64,000 nt of DNA from Yuukianura sp. NJ FZ-2021 (taxonomy: Eukaryota). Position numbers and translations under genes: made by a program. The DNA lies in assembly GCA_046563655.1 (NCBI GenBank), contig CM102285.1, positions 6,448,001-6,512,000 of the forward strand, written 5' to 3'. Of this stretch, positions 48,001 through 60,517 are shown piece after piece (position 1 is the stretch's first letter; every line of letters starts with the position of its first letter). The notes under the pieces were generated by a model. The model was given only the letters and a program-made list of their open reading frames with translations. It was not told where the DNA came from and ran no database searches.

Positions 48001-51000
48001 TTTATGGATCATGACGGCGTGATAAAAACATTCTCCAAATACTTCTTAACTTTAAAATTTGTGTCCCCGCGCTGGACTCATTACATTCAAGAATATTCGC
48101 TCACAGCGACATCGCAAGGCGTTCGTGTAGCGTAGCTGTCATTCTATTTATCGTGACGGCCTTAAAATCATACTCAATAGAGCCCGCGTTGCACACATTA
48201 CATTCAAGAATATTCGCTCACAGCGACATCGCAAAGCGTTCATTTGGCGTAGCTGTCATTTTATTTATCGTGACGGTCTTGAAAACATATTTAATAGCTC
48301 TCGAGACTTTGGGTGCCTTGCTGGACTCATTATATTCAAGAATATTCGCTCACAGCGACATTGTAAAGCGTGCTCGTAGCGTAGCGGTCATTTTATGGAT
48401 CCTGACGGCGTGATAAAAACATCCTACAAAACCTTCGTAACTTTAAAATTTGGGTCCCCGCGCTGGATTCATTACATTCAAGAATATTCGCTCACAGCGA
48501 CGTCGCAAGGCGTTCGTGTAGCGTAGCTGTCATTCTATTTATCGTGACGGCCTTAAAAACATACTCAATAGAGCCCGCGTTGCACTCATTACATTCAAGA
48601 ATATTCGATCACAGCGACATCGCAAAGCGTTCTTTTTGCGTAGCTCTGATTTTATTTATCGTGACGCCCTTGAAAACATATTCAATAGCTCTCGAGACCT
48701 TGGGTGCCTCGCTGGACTCATTATATTCAAGAATATTCGCTCACAGCGACATTGTAAAGCGTGCTCGTGGCGTAGCGGTCATTTTATGGATCATGACGGC
48801 GTGATAAAAACATACTCCAAATACTTCTTAACTTTAAAATTTGTGTCCCCGCGCTGGATCCATTACATTCAAGAATATTCGCTCACAGCGACGTCGCAAG
48901 GCGTTCGTGTAGCGTAGCTGTCATTCTATTTATCGTGACGGCCTTAAAAACATACTCAATAGAGCCCGCGTTGCACTCATTACATTCGAGAATATTCGCT
49001 CGCAGCGACATCGCAAAGCGTTCATTTTGCGTAGCTGTGATTTTATTTATCGTGACGGCCTTGCAAACATATTCAATAGCTCTCGAGACTTTGGGTGCCT
49101 CGCTGGACTCATTATATTCAAGAATATTCGCTCACAGCGACATTGTAAAGCGTGCTCGTAGCGTAGCGGTCATTTTATGGATCCTGACGGCGTGATAAAA
49201 ACATCCTACAAAACCTTCGTAACTTTAAAATTTGGGTCCCCGCGCTGGATTCATTACATTCAAGAATATTCGCTCACAGCGACATCGCAAAGCGTTCATT
49301 TTGCGTAGCTGTGATTTTATTTATCGTGACGGCCTTGAAAACATATTCAATAGCTCTCGAGACTTTGGGTGCCTCGCTGGACTCATTATATTCAAGAATA
49401 TTCGCTCACAGCGACATCGCAAAGCGTCCTTGTAGCGTAGCGGTCATTTTATGGATCATGACGGCGTGATAAAAACATTCTCCAAATACTTCTTAACTTT
49501 AAAATTTGTGTCCCCGCGTTGCACTCATTACATTCAAGAATATTCGCTCACAGCGACATCGCAAGGCGTTCGTGTAGCGTAGCTGTCATTCTATTTATCG
49601 TGACGGCCTTAAAATCATACTCAATAGAGCCCGCGTTGCACACATTACATTCAAGAATATTCGCTCACAGCGACATCGCAAAGCGTTCATTTGGCGTAGC
49701 TGTCATTTTATTTATCGTGACGGTCTTGAAAACATATTTAATAGCTCTCGAGACTTTGGGTGCCTTGCTGGACTCATTATATTCAAGAATATTCGCTCAC
49801 AGCGACATTGTAAAGCGTGCTCGTAGCGTAGCGGTCATTTTATGGATCCTGACTGCGTGATAAAAACATACTACAAAACCTTCGTAACTTTAAAATTTGT
49901 GTCCCCGCGCTGGATTCATTACATTCAAGAATATTCGCTCACAGCAACGTCGCAAGGCGTTCGTGTAGCGTAGCTGTCATTCTATTTATCGTGACGGCCT
50001 TAAAAACATACTCAATAGAGCCCGCGTTGCACTCATTACATTCAAGAATATTCGCTCACAGCGACATCGTATAGCGTTCTTGTAGCGTATCGGTCATTTT
50101 ATGGATCATGACGGCGTGATAAAAACATACTCCAAACCCTTCATAACTTTAAAATTTGTGTCCCCGCGCTGGATCCATTACATTCAAGAATATTCGCTCA
50201 CAGCAACGTCGCAAGGCGTTCGTGTAGCGTAGCTGTCATTTTATTTATCGTGACGGTCTTGAAAACATATTCAATAGCTCTCGAGACTTTGGGTGCCTCG
50301 CTGGACTCATTATATTCAAGAATATTCGCTCACAGCGACATTGTAAAGCGTGCTCGTAGCGTAGCGGTCATTTTATGGATCCTGACGGCGTGATAAAAAC
50401 ATCCTACAAAACCTTTGTAACTTTAAAATTTGGGTCCCCGCGTTGCAGTCATTACATTCAAGAATATTCGCTCACAGCGACATCGCAAAGCGTTCATTTG
50501 GCGTAGCTGTCATTTTATTTATCGTGACGGTCTTGAAAACATATTCAATAGCTCTCGAGACTTTGGGTGCCTCGCTGGACTCATTATATTCAAGAATATT
50601 CGCTCACAGCGACATTGTAAAGCGTGCTCGTAGCGTAGCGGTCATTTTATGGATCCTGACGGCGTGATAAAAACATCCTACAAAACCTTCGTAACTTTAA
50701 AATTTGGGTCCCCGCGCTGGATTCATTACATTCAAGAATATTCGCTCACAGCGACATCGCAAAGCGTTCATTTTGCGTAGCTGTGATTTTATTTATCGTG
50801 ACGGCCTTGAAAACATATTCAATAGCTCTCGAGACTTTGGGTGCCTCGCTGGACTCATTATATTCAAGAATATTCGCTCACAGCGACATTGTAAAGCGTA
50901 CTCGTAGCGTAGCGGTCATTTTATGGATCATGACGGCGTGATAAAAACATTCTCCTAATACTTCTTAACTTTAAAATTTGTGTCCCCGCGTTGCACTCAT

Positions 51001-54000
51001 TACATTCAAGAATATTCGCTCACAGCGACATCGCAAGGCGTTCGTGTAGCGTAGCTGTCATTCTATTTATCGTGACGGCCTTAAAATCATACTCAATAGA
51101 GCCCGCGTTGCACACATTACATTCAAGAATATTCGCTCACAGCGACATCGCAAAGCGTTCATTTGGCGTAGCTGTCATTTTATTTATCGTGACGGTCTTG
51201 AAAACATATTTAATAGCTCTCGAGACTTTGGGTGCCTTGCTGGACTCATTATATTCAAGAATATTTGCTCACAGCGACATTGTAAAGCGTGCTCGTAGCG
51301 TAGCGGTCATTTTATGGATCCTGACGGCGTGATAAAAACATCCTACAAAACCTTCGTAACTTTAAAATTTGGGTCCCCGCGCTGGATTCATTACATTCAA
51401 GAATATTCGCTCACAGCGACGTCGCAAGGCGTTCGTGTAGCGTAGCTGTCATTCTATTTATCGTGACGGCCTTAAAAACATACTCAATAGAGCCCGCGTT
51501 GCACTCATTACATTCAAGAATATTCGATCACAGCGACATCGCAAAGCGTTCTTTTTGCGTAGCTGTGATTTTATTTATCGTGACGGCCTTGAAAACATAT
51601 TCAATAGCTCTCGAGACTTTGGGTGCCTCGCTGGACTCATTATATTCAAGAATATTCGCTCACAGCGACATTGTAAAGCGTGCTCGTGGCGTAGCGGTCA
51701 TTTTATGGATCATGACGGCGTGATAAAAACATACTCCAAATACTTCTTAACTTTAAAATTTGTGTCCCCGCGCTGGATCCATTACATTCAAGAATATTCG
51801 CTCACAGCGACGTCGCAAGGCGTTCGTGTAGCGTAGCTGTCATTCTATTTATCGTGACGGCCTTAAAAACATACTCAATAGAGCCCGCGTTGCACTCATT
51901 ACATTCGAGAATATTCGCTCGCAGCGACATCGCAAAGGGTTCATTTTGCGTAGCTGTGATTTTATTTATCGTGACGGCCTTGAAAACATATTCAATAGCT
52001 CTCGAGACTTTGGGTGCCTCGCTGGACTCATTATATTCAAGAATATTCGCTCACAGCGACATTGTAAAGCGTGCTCGTAGCGTAGCGGTCATTTTATGGA
52101 TCATGGCGGCGTGATAAAAATATACTACAAAACCTTCGTAACATTAAAATTTGGGTCCCCGCGCTGGATTTATTACATTCAAGAATATTCGCTCACAGCG
52201 ACATTGTAAACCGTGCTCGTAGCGTAGCGGTCATTTTATGGATCATGGCGGCGTGATAAAAATATACTACAAAACCTTCGTAACATTAAAATTTGGGTCC
52301 CCGCGCTGGATTTATTACATTCAAGAATATTCGCTCACAGTGACATCGTAAAGCGTTAATGTTGCGTAGCTGTCGTTTTATTTATCGTGACGGCGTTGAA
52401 AACATACTCCATAGAGCCCGCGTTGCACACATGACATTCAAGAATATTCGCTCACAGCGACATCGCAAAGCGTTCATTTGGCGTAGCTGTCATTTTATTT
52501 ATCGTGACGGTCTTGAAAACATATTCAATAGCTCTCGAGACTTTGGGTGCCTCGCTGGACTCATTATATTCAAGAATATTCGCTCACAGCGACATCGCAA
52601 AGCGTTCATTTGGCGTAGCTGTCATTTTATTTATCGTGACGGTCTTGAAAACATATTCAATAGCTCTCGAGACTTTGGGTGCCTCGCTGGACTCATTATA
52701 TTCAAGAATATTCGCTCACAGCGACATTGTAAAGCGTGCTCGTAGCGTAGCGGTCATTTTATGGATCCTGACGGCGTGATAAAAACATCCTACAAAACCT
52801 TTGTAACTTTAAAATTTGGGTCCCCGCGTTGCAGTCATTACATTCAAGAATATTCGCTCACAGCGACATCGCAAAGCGTTCATTTGGCGTAGCTGTCATT
52901 TTATTTATCGTGACGGTCTTGAAAACATATTCAATAGCTCTCGAGACTTTGGGTGCCTCGCTGGACTCATTATATTCAAGAATATTCGCTCACAGCGACA
53001 TTGTAAAGCGTGCTCGTAGCGTAGCGGTCATTTTATGGATCCTGACTGCGTGATAAAAACATACTACAAAACCTTCGTAACTTTAAAATTTGTGTCCCCG
53101 CGCTGGATTCATTACATTCAAGAATATTCGCTCACAGCAACGTCGCAAGGCGTTCGTGTAGCGTAGCTGTCATTCTATTTATCGTGACGGCCTTAAAAAC
53201 ATACTCAATAGAGCCCGCGTTGCACTCATTACATTCAAGAATATTCGCTCACAGCGACATCGCAAAGCGTCCTTGTAGCGTAGTGGTCATTTTATGGATC
53301 ATGACGGCGTGATAAAAACATACTCCAAATACTTCTTAACTTTAAAATTTGTGTCCCCGCGCTGGATCCATTACATTCAAGAATATTCGCTCACAGCAAC
53401 GTCGCAAGGCGTTCGTGTAGCGTAGCTGTCATTTTATTTATCGTGACGGTCTTGAAAACATATTCAATAGCTCTCGAGACTTTGGGTGCCTCGCTGGACT
53501 CATTATATTCAAGAATATTCGCTCACAGCGACATTGTAAAGCGTGCTCGTAGCGTAGCGGTCATTTTATGGATCCTGACGGCGTGATAAAAACATCCTAC
53601 AAAACCTTTGTAACTTTAAAATTTGGGTCCCCGCGTTGCAGTCATTACATTCAAGAATATTCGCTCACAGCGACATCGCAAAGCGTTCATTTGGCGTAGC
53701 TGTCATTTTATTTATCGTGACGGTCTTGAAAACATATTCAATAGCTCTCGAGACTTTGGGTGCCTCGCTGGACTCATTATATTCAAGAATATTCGCTCAC
53801 AGCGACATTGTAAAGCGTGCTCGTAGCGTAGCGGTCATTTTATGGATCCTGACGGCGTGATAAAAACATCCTACAAAACCTTCGTAACTTTAAAATTTGG
53901 GTCCCCGCGCTGGATTCATTACATTCAAGAATATTCGCTCACAGCGACATCGCAAAGCGTTCATTTTGCGTAGCTGTGATTTTATTTATCGTGACGGCCT

Positions 54001-57000
54001 TGAAAACATATTCAATAGCTCTCGAGACTTTGGGTGCCTCGCTGGACTCATTATATTCAAGAATATTCGCTCACAGCGACATTGTAAAGCGTGCTCGTAG
54101 CGTAGCGGTCATTTTATGGATCCTGACGGCGTGATAAAAACATTCTACAAATACTTCTTAACTTTAAAATTTGTGTCCCCGCGTTGCACTCATTACATTC
54201 AAGAATATTCGCTCACAGCGACATCGCAAGGCGTTCGTGTAGCGTAGCTGTCATTCTATTTATCGTGACGGCCTTAAAATCATACTCAATAGAGCCCGCG
54301 TTGCACACATTACATTCAAGAATATTCGCTCACAGCGACATCGCAAAGCGTTCATTTGGCGTAGCTGTCATTTTATTTATCGTGACGGTCTTGAAAACAT
54401 ATTTAATAGCTCTCGAGACTTTGGGTGCCTTGCTGGACTCATTATATTCAAGAATATTCGCTCACAGCGACATTGTAAAGCGTGCTCGTAGCGTAGCGGT
54501 CATTTTATGGATCCTGACTGCGTGATAAAAACATACTACAAAACCTTCGTAACTTTAAAATTTGTGTCCCCGCGCTGGATTCATTACATTCAAGAATATT
54601 CGCTCACAGCAACGTCGCAAGGCGTTCGTGTAGCGTAGCTGTCATTCTATTTATCGTGACGGCCTTAAAAACATACTCAATAGAGCCCGCGTTGCACTCA
54701 TTACATTCAAGAATATTCGCTCACAGCGACATTGTAAAGCGTGCTCGTAGCGTAGCGGTCATTTTATGGATCCTGACGGCGTGATAAAAACATACTCCGA
54801 ATACTTCTTAACTTTAAAATTTGTGTCCCCGCGCTGGATCCATTACATTCAAGAATATTCGCTCACAGCAACGTCGCAAGGCGTTCGTGTAGCGTAGCTG
54901 TCATTTTATTTATCGTGACGGTCTTGAAAACATATTCAATAGCTCTCGAGACTTTGGGTGCCTCGCTGGACTCATTATATTCAAGAATATTCGCTCACAG
55001 CGACATTGTAAAGCGTGCTCGTAGCGTAGCGGTCATTTTATGGATCCTGACGGCGTGATAAAAACATCCTACAAAACCTTTGTAACTTTAAAATTTGGGT
55101 CCCCGCGTTGCAGTCATTACATTCAAGAATATTCGCTCACAGCGACATCGCAAAGCGTTCATTTGGCGTAGCTGTCATTTTATTTATCGTGACGGTCTTG
55201 AAAACATATTCAATAGCTCTCGAGACTTTGGGTGCCTCGCTGGACTCATTATATTCAAGAATATTCGCTCACAGCGACATTGTAAAGCGTGCTCGTAGCG
55301 TAGCGGTCATTTTATGGATCCTGACGGCGTGATAAAAACATCCTACAAAACCTTCGTAACTTTAAAATTTGGGTCCCCGCGCTGGATTCATTACATTCAA
55401 GAATATTCGCTCACAGCGACATCGCAAAGCGTTCATTTTGCGTAGCTGTGATTTTATTTATCGTGACGGCCTTGAAAACATATTCAATAGCTCTCGAGAC
55501 TTTGGGTGCCTCGCTGGACTCATTATATTCAAGAATATTCGCTCACAGCGACATTGCAAAGCGTCCTTGTAGCGTAGCGGTCATTTTATGGATCATGACG
55601 GCGTGATAAAAACATTCTCCAAATACTTCTTAACTTTAAAATTTGTGTCCCCGCGTTGCACTCATTACATTCAAGAATATTCGCTCACAGCGACATCGCA
55701 AGGCGTTCGTGTAGCGTAGCTGTCATTCTATTTATCGTGACGGCCTTAAAATCATACTCAATAGAGCCCGCGTTGCACACATTACATTCAAGAATATTCG
55801 CTCACAGCGACATCGCAAAGCGTTCATTTGGCGTAGCTGTCATTTTATTTATCGTGACGGTCTTGAAAACATATTTAATAGCTCTCGAGACTTTGGGTGC
55901 CTTGCTGGACTCATTATATTCAAGAATATTTGCTCACAGCGACATTGTAAAGCGTGCTCGTAGCGTAGCGGTCATTTTATGGATCCTGACGGCGTGATAA
56001 AAACATCCTACAAAACCTTCGTAACTTTAAAATTTGGGTCCCCGCGCTGGATTCATTACATTCAAGAATATTCGCTCACAGCGACGTCGCAAGGCGTTCG
56101 TGTAGCGTAGCTGTCATTCTATTTATCGTGACGGCCTTAAAAACATACTCAATAGAGCCCGCGTTGCACTCATTACATTCAAGAATATTCGATCACAGCG
56201 ACATCGCAAAGCGTTCTTTTTGCGTAGCTGTGATTTTATTTATCGTGACGGCCTTGAAAACATATTCAATAGCTCTCGAGACTTTGGGTGCCTCGCTGGA
56301 CTCATTATATTCAAGAATATTCGCTCACAGCGACATTGTAAAGCGTACTCGTAGCGTAGCGGTCATTTTATGGATCATGACGGCGTGATAAAAACATTCT
56401 ACAAATACTTCTTAACTTTAAAATTTGTGTCCCCGCGTTGCACTCATTACATTCAAGAATATTCGCTCACAGCGACATCGCAAGGCGTTCGTGTAGCGTA
56501 GCTGTCATTCTATTTATCGTGACGGCCTTAAAATCATACTCAATAGAGCCCGCGTTGCACACATTACATTCAAGAATATTCGCTCACAGCGACATCGCAA
56601 AGCGTTCATTTGGCGTAGCTGTCATTTTATTTATCGTGACGGTCTTGAAAACATATTTAATAGCTCTCGAGACTTTGGGTGCCTTGCTGGACTCATTATA
56701 TTCAAGAATATTCGCTCACAGCGACATTGTAAAGCGTGCTCGTAGCGTAGCGGTCATTTTATGGATCCTGACGGCGTGATAAAAACATCCTACAAAACCT
56801 TCGTAACTTTAAAATTTGGGTCCCCGCGCTGGATTCATTACATTCAAGAATATTCGCTCACAGCGACGTCGCAAGGCGTTCGTGTAGCGTAGCTGTCATT
56901 CTATTTATCGTGACGGCCTTAAAAACATACTCAATAGAGCCCGCGTTGCACTCATTACATTCAAGAATATTCGATCACAGCGACATCGCAAAGCGTTCTT

Positions 57001-57716
57001 TTTGCGTAGCTCTGATTTTATTTATCGTGACGCCCTTGAAAACATATTCAATAGCTCTCGAGACCTTGGGTGCCTCGCTGGACTCATTATATTCAAGAAT
57101 ATTCGCTCACAGCGACATTGTAAAGCGTGCTCGTGGCGTAGCGGTCATTTTATGGATCATGACGGCGTGATAAAAACATACTCCAAATACTTCTTAACTT
57201 TAAAATTTGTGTCCCCGCGCTGGATCCATTACATTCAAGAATATTCGCTCACAGCGACGTCGCAAGGCGTTCGTGTAGCGTAGCTGTCATTCTATTTATC
57301 GTGACGGCCTTAAAAACATACTCAATAGAGCCCGCGTTGCACTCATTACATTCGAGAATATTCGCTCGCAGCGACATCGCAAAGCGTTCATTTTGCGTAG
57401 CTGTGATTTTATTTATCGTGACGGCCTTGCAAACATATTCAATAGCTCTCGAGACTTTGGGTGCCTCGCTGGACTCATTATATTCAAGAATATTCGCTCA
57501 CAGCGACATTGTAAAGCGTGCTCGTAGCGTAGCGGTCATTTTATGGATCATGGCGGCGTGATAAAAATATACTACAAAACCTTCGTAACATTAAAATTTG
57601 GGTCCCCGCGCTGGATTTATTACATTCAAGAATATTCGCTCACAGTGACATCGTAAAGCGTTAATGTTGCGTAGCTGTCGTTTTATTTATCGTGACGGCG
57701 TTGAAAACATACTTAA
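33045..57716. repeat. Satellite array, main segment (~24.7 kb) with three monomer types and higher-order repeats
   Basis: Monomers A 142, B 117 and C 132 bp. Offsets of 274 (A+C), 391 (A+B+C), 807 and 939 bp, and multi-kb offsets of 4680, 3701, 6894 and 8366 bp, read from identical ORF-track entries. Confidence 0.97.
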
Positions 57717-58099
57717 TAAAGCTCAATTTTTCCACTTAACAGGGTAGATTTTGTACATGTTACAATACTGTACAACTAGAACGGATGTCATTTCTTCTTG
57801 AACAAGTCCGGTTCATTGTGTTCGCTTGCAGTAATGTTAATACATCATTATGGTAGCGTAATTTATATGTTGGCAAAGGTCCGACCTGATGTTGGCACTG
57901 AAACGGTTAGGCATTGCTAACCAACGCCTTCAGGCACGTCGAGGCCCTCACCAGAATCTAATTGCAGATAGTAACATGGTTTAGAACCGGTTGTTTGTGA
58001 CAATGAACTTTTTGTTGTGAGTGTTAAAACAGCCTGAATCCGTGAGGGGAATACTCACTAAAATGCCAAACGTGTAGGAAGCGTACAAATTGATATTGT

Positions 58100-58450
58100 T
58101 ATTAATAGCGAAAGCTATTGGTAATAAGATTAATGTTTGTCAGTCTGTCTGTCCCAAATTATTATCTCAGAAACTACTGGACCAATTTCAACCAGGTTTT
58201 TACCAATCACCATGTCATAACCCGGACCTGTGTGTTATTGAATATCATCCGGATCGGTGACTTTTTAGGGGGTCAAACGTTAAGATAATTGAGCTTGTCA
58301 ATAGAAACCCATGAAAATGACCCGGTCAAAAGTTTTTCGTGTCATTGAGGGTTGTAAATATTAAAAACACCTTCTCACTTGAGCAATTTTTTATGCGCGG
58401 TTTGCAACCGGTTTATTTTTGCAGAAGCGTTATTTAACCAGATTGACAGG
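58100..58450 (+). mobile_element. Helentron-associated (HINE-like) fragment
   Basis: AATAGC-GAAA-GCTATT hairpin, GTCTGTCTGTC microsatellite, then ATCTCAGAAACTACTGGACCAATTTCAACC. The 3' boundary is uncertain. Confidence 0.55.
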
Positions 58451-58511
58451 CTAAAGTCAAATCTAAAGCCATCCGATTCGCTCATTCGGTTTCTGGTCGC
58501 TTCACCTCTAA

Positions 58512-59652
58512 CAAGTGCTCCCAGTTTCGGTCACTTTTCAGAAATTGTGTCAGAAATGACCGAAATGTCTGAAATGACCGAAATGTTACTTCCGACCGAA
58601 TAACCGAAATAAACAACTTCAATTGCTTAAACGCATAAGCACTAAATAAGTTTTTATCGACTCCTAATTACAATTCATCAGCGGGATTCCTCATTGGCTT
58701 CTCATTCGTAAGTCAGCCAAATCATAACTATTCTATTCCAGTTTTATTGCTTTAATCAGTGGACAGATTCTAATGGAGGTATCCTTTACTTACAGCCCGA
58801 CCTGTTATTCACCCAAATGTGTCAGTGCTTGTTTTTTTTACAATGTCAGTGCCATTTGGGTGAAGCAATACAGGATGAGGTTACCTTAACACAACACATC
58901 TTCTAGAGCTAAAGTCATTCCTTTGTTTCGGATAAAACAACCGCAGCCCTTTGTCATTTCACAAACTGAAAGCTAACAATGACGATTGACTGAATAAAAA
59001 TCTGACTCTGAGAAACAACGTACTTTCATTTCGTAATTGATACTGCTAGTACCCTCCAAATTCTGGCAACAGAGTAGCCTGCGCTGATTTAAAAGACACT
59101 GACAAGGCATGTCCACCTGTGCCATCACTGATGAATGAAATTATGATTGTCCTGAAACTTACTTGGAAGAAGATGAGCATAATGTGTCAGCGCCATTTCG
59201 GTGAGGCATAATGTAAGGTTACCTCTATAAAAATGGGGTGAGAAGCACTAGCTTTGTGGATACCTCTGTCATTCCACGAACTACAAACTATACTGATAAT
59301 CGGCTTAATAAATATCCAACGGATCAATTAAACGGAACATCTTAGTTTTTCTCATTTTCATTTTGAAACATACTCTCCTAATTTAGGGAGCAGAAGTTGT
59401 AGCCTGCGCTAACACTGATTCCACAGGCACTGACAAGGCCCGTCCACTGTCCCTGCACCCTTGAATAAGTGAAACAGCTGAAATGTATGTAAACAGTTAT
59501 TTAAAACAGTTTCTGACAATTTACTGCTTTCGTGAAGTAGTTTACTACTTTGAATGCAAATTCAAAAAAATTCGCGCCCAATTTTCGTTCGAATGAGTTT
59601 CGGTCATTTCGGTCGACTAAAAGGGGTTGGACCGAAATGTCCAAGACGCTTT
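58512..59652. mobile_element. Non-autonomous DNA element with ACCGAAAT subterminal repeats and an internal diverged duplication
   Basis: GACCGAAAT repeats at 58558-58610 are mirrored by TTTCGGTC at 59598-59615. Internal blocks ~58840-59130 and ~59180-59450 are similar. Confidence 0.55.
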
Positions 59653-59670
59653 CATGCGGACGAGTGAAAT

Positions 59671-60517
59671 TATGGAGGGATTATGGTGGCTAATTTATTT
59701 TAAATTTTCGCGCGTTAAAAAACGTTACGCGCAATAAAAACAGCATGTTTTGCCAATTAAAACAATGCGCGAAAACTGTTTTTAATTTGCGAAACGTTTA
59801 TTGCAGAAAAAGTTAATTGCAGGAAAAATTCAAATGCAGTAACTTATTTTTCCTGCAACTGAAATTTGTTTTTCTGCAATTAAACTTTGTTTTTTTGAAA
59901 TAGATTTTTTGTTTTTCTGCAATTGATTTTTTGTTTTTCCGCGATTAGTTTTTTGTTTTTCTGCAATTGCAACTTTGTTTTTACCGTTTAAAAGCTTGCT
60001 TTTTACCATTTCAAAATTTTGTCTTTCACCATTTCAGTTTTGTAGTTTACCATCTCTTCTCATTTACCATTTGAAAGCTTGTTTTACCAATTTAACATTT
60101 TGTATTTTACCATTTCAAATTATTGTCGTTTACCATTTAAAAGTTTGTTATTTAACAGTATGCTCCAGTCTCCTCCACAGCAGGCCTGCTCGCCGTTGCT
60201 GGCAAAGACACAGCTTTGGATCGTTGGGTTTTTCCTTGTTTTTTTCCTAAGTTTCCTTGTTTCCTAAGTTTTATTTTTCAAGCCCTAATTTCAAGGTGTA
60301 AGGCTTTTGTTGCATATCTGATATCAGTCGAAAAAATCAGGAAAATTGCAGGAAAAATCAGTTACTGCAATTGAATTTTTCCTGCAATAAACGTTTCGCA
60401 AATTAAAAACAGTTTTCGCGCATTGTTTTAATTGGCGAGAAATGCTGTTTTTAATGCGCGAAACGTTTTTTAACGCGCGAAAATTTAAAATAATTTAGCC
60501 ACGATAATCCCTCCATA
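59671..60517. mobile_element. MITE with long TIRs and 6-bp TSD (IS3EU-like termini)
   Basis: TATGGAGGGATTAT...ATAATCCCTCCATA, arms of at least 130 bp, TSD TGAAAT (59665-59670 and 60518-60523), internal ~22-bp tandem subrepeats. Confidence 0.85.

Noticed and set aside
26302..57561. Dozens of repeated 67-204 aa ORFs (RIFAHSDI... and FKNIRSQRH...) as a tandem gene family
   Set aside because: They are translations of the satellite. The B (117 bp) and C (132 bp) monomers are multiples of 3, while each 142-bp A monomer brings a stop or frameshift. Two frames are equally open and no domain is recognisable.
33045..57716. CRISPR-like array (constant palindromic core with variable intervening sequence)
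   Set aside because: The intervening segments are 90-115 bp, homologous to each other and highly recurrent rather than unique spacers. There are no cas genes and the context is eukaryotic.
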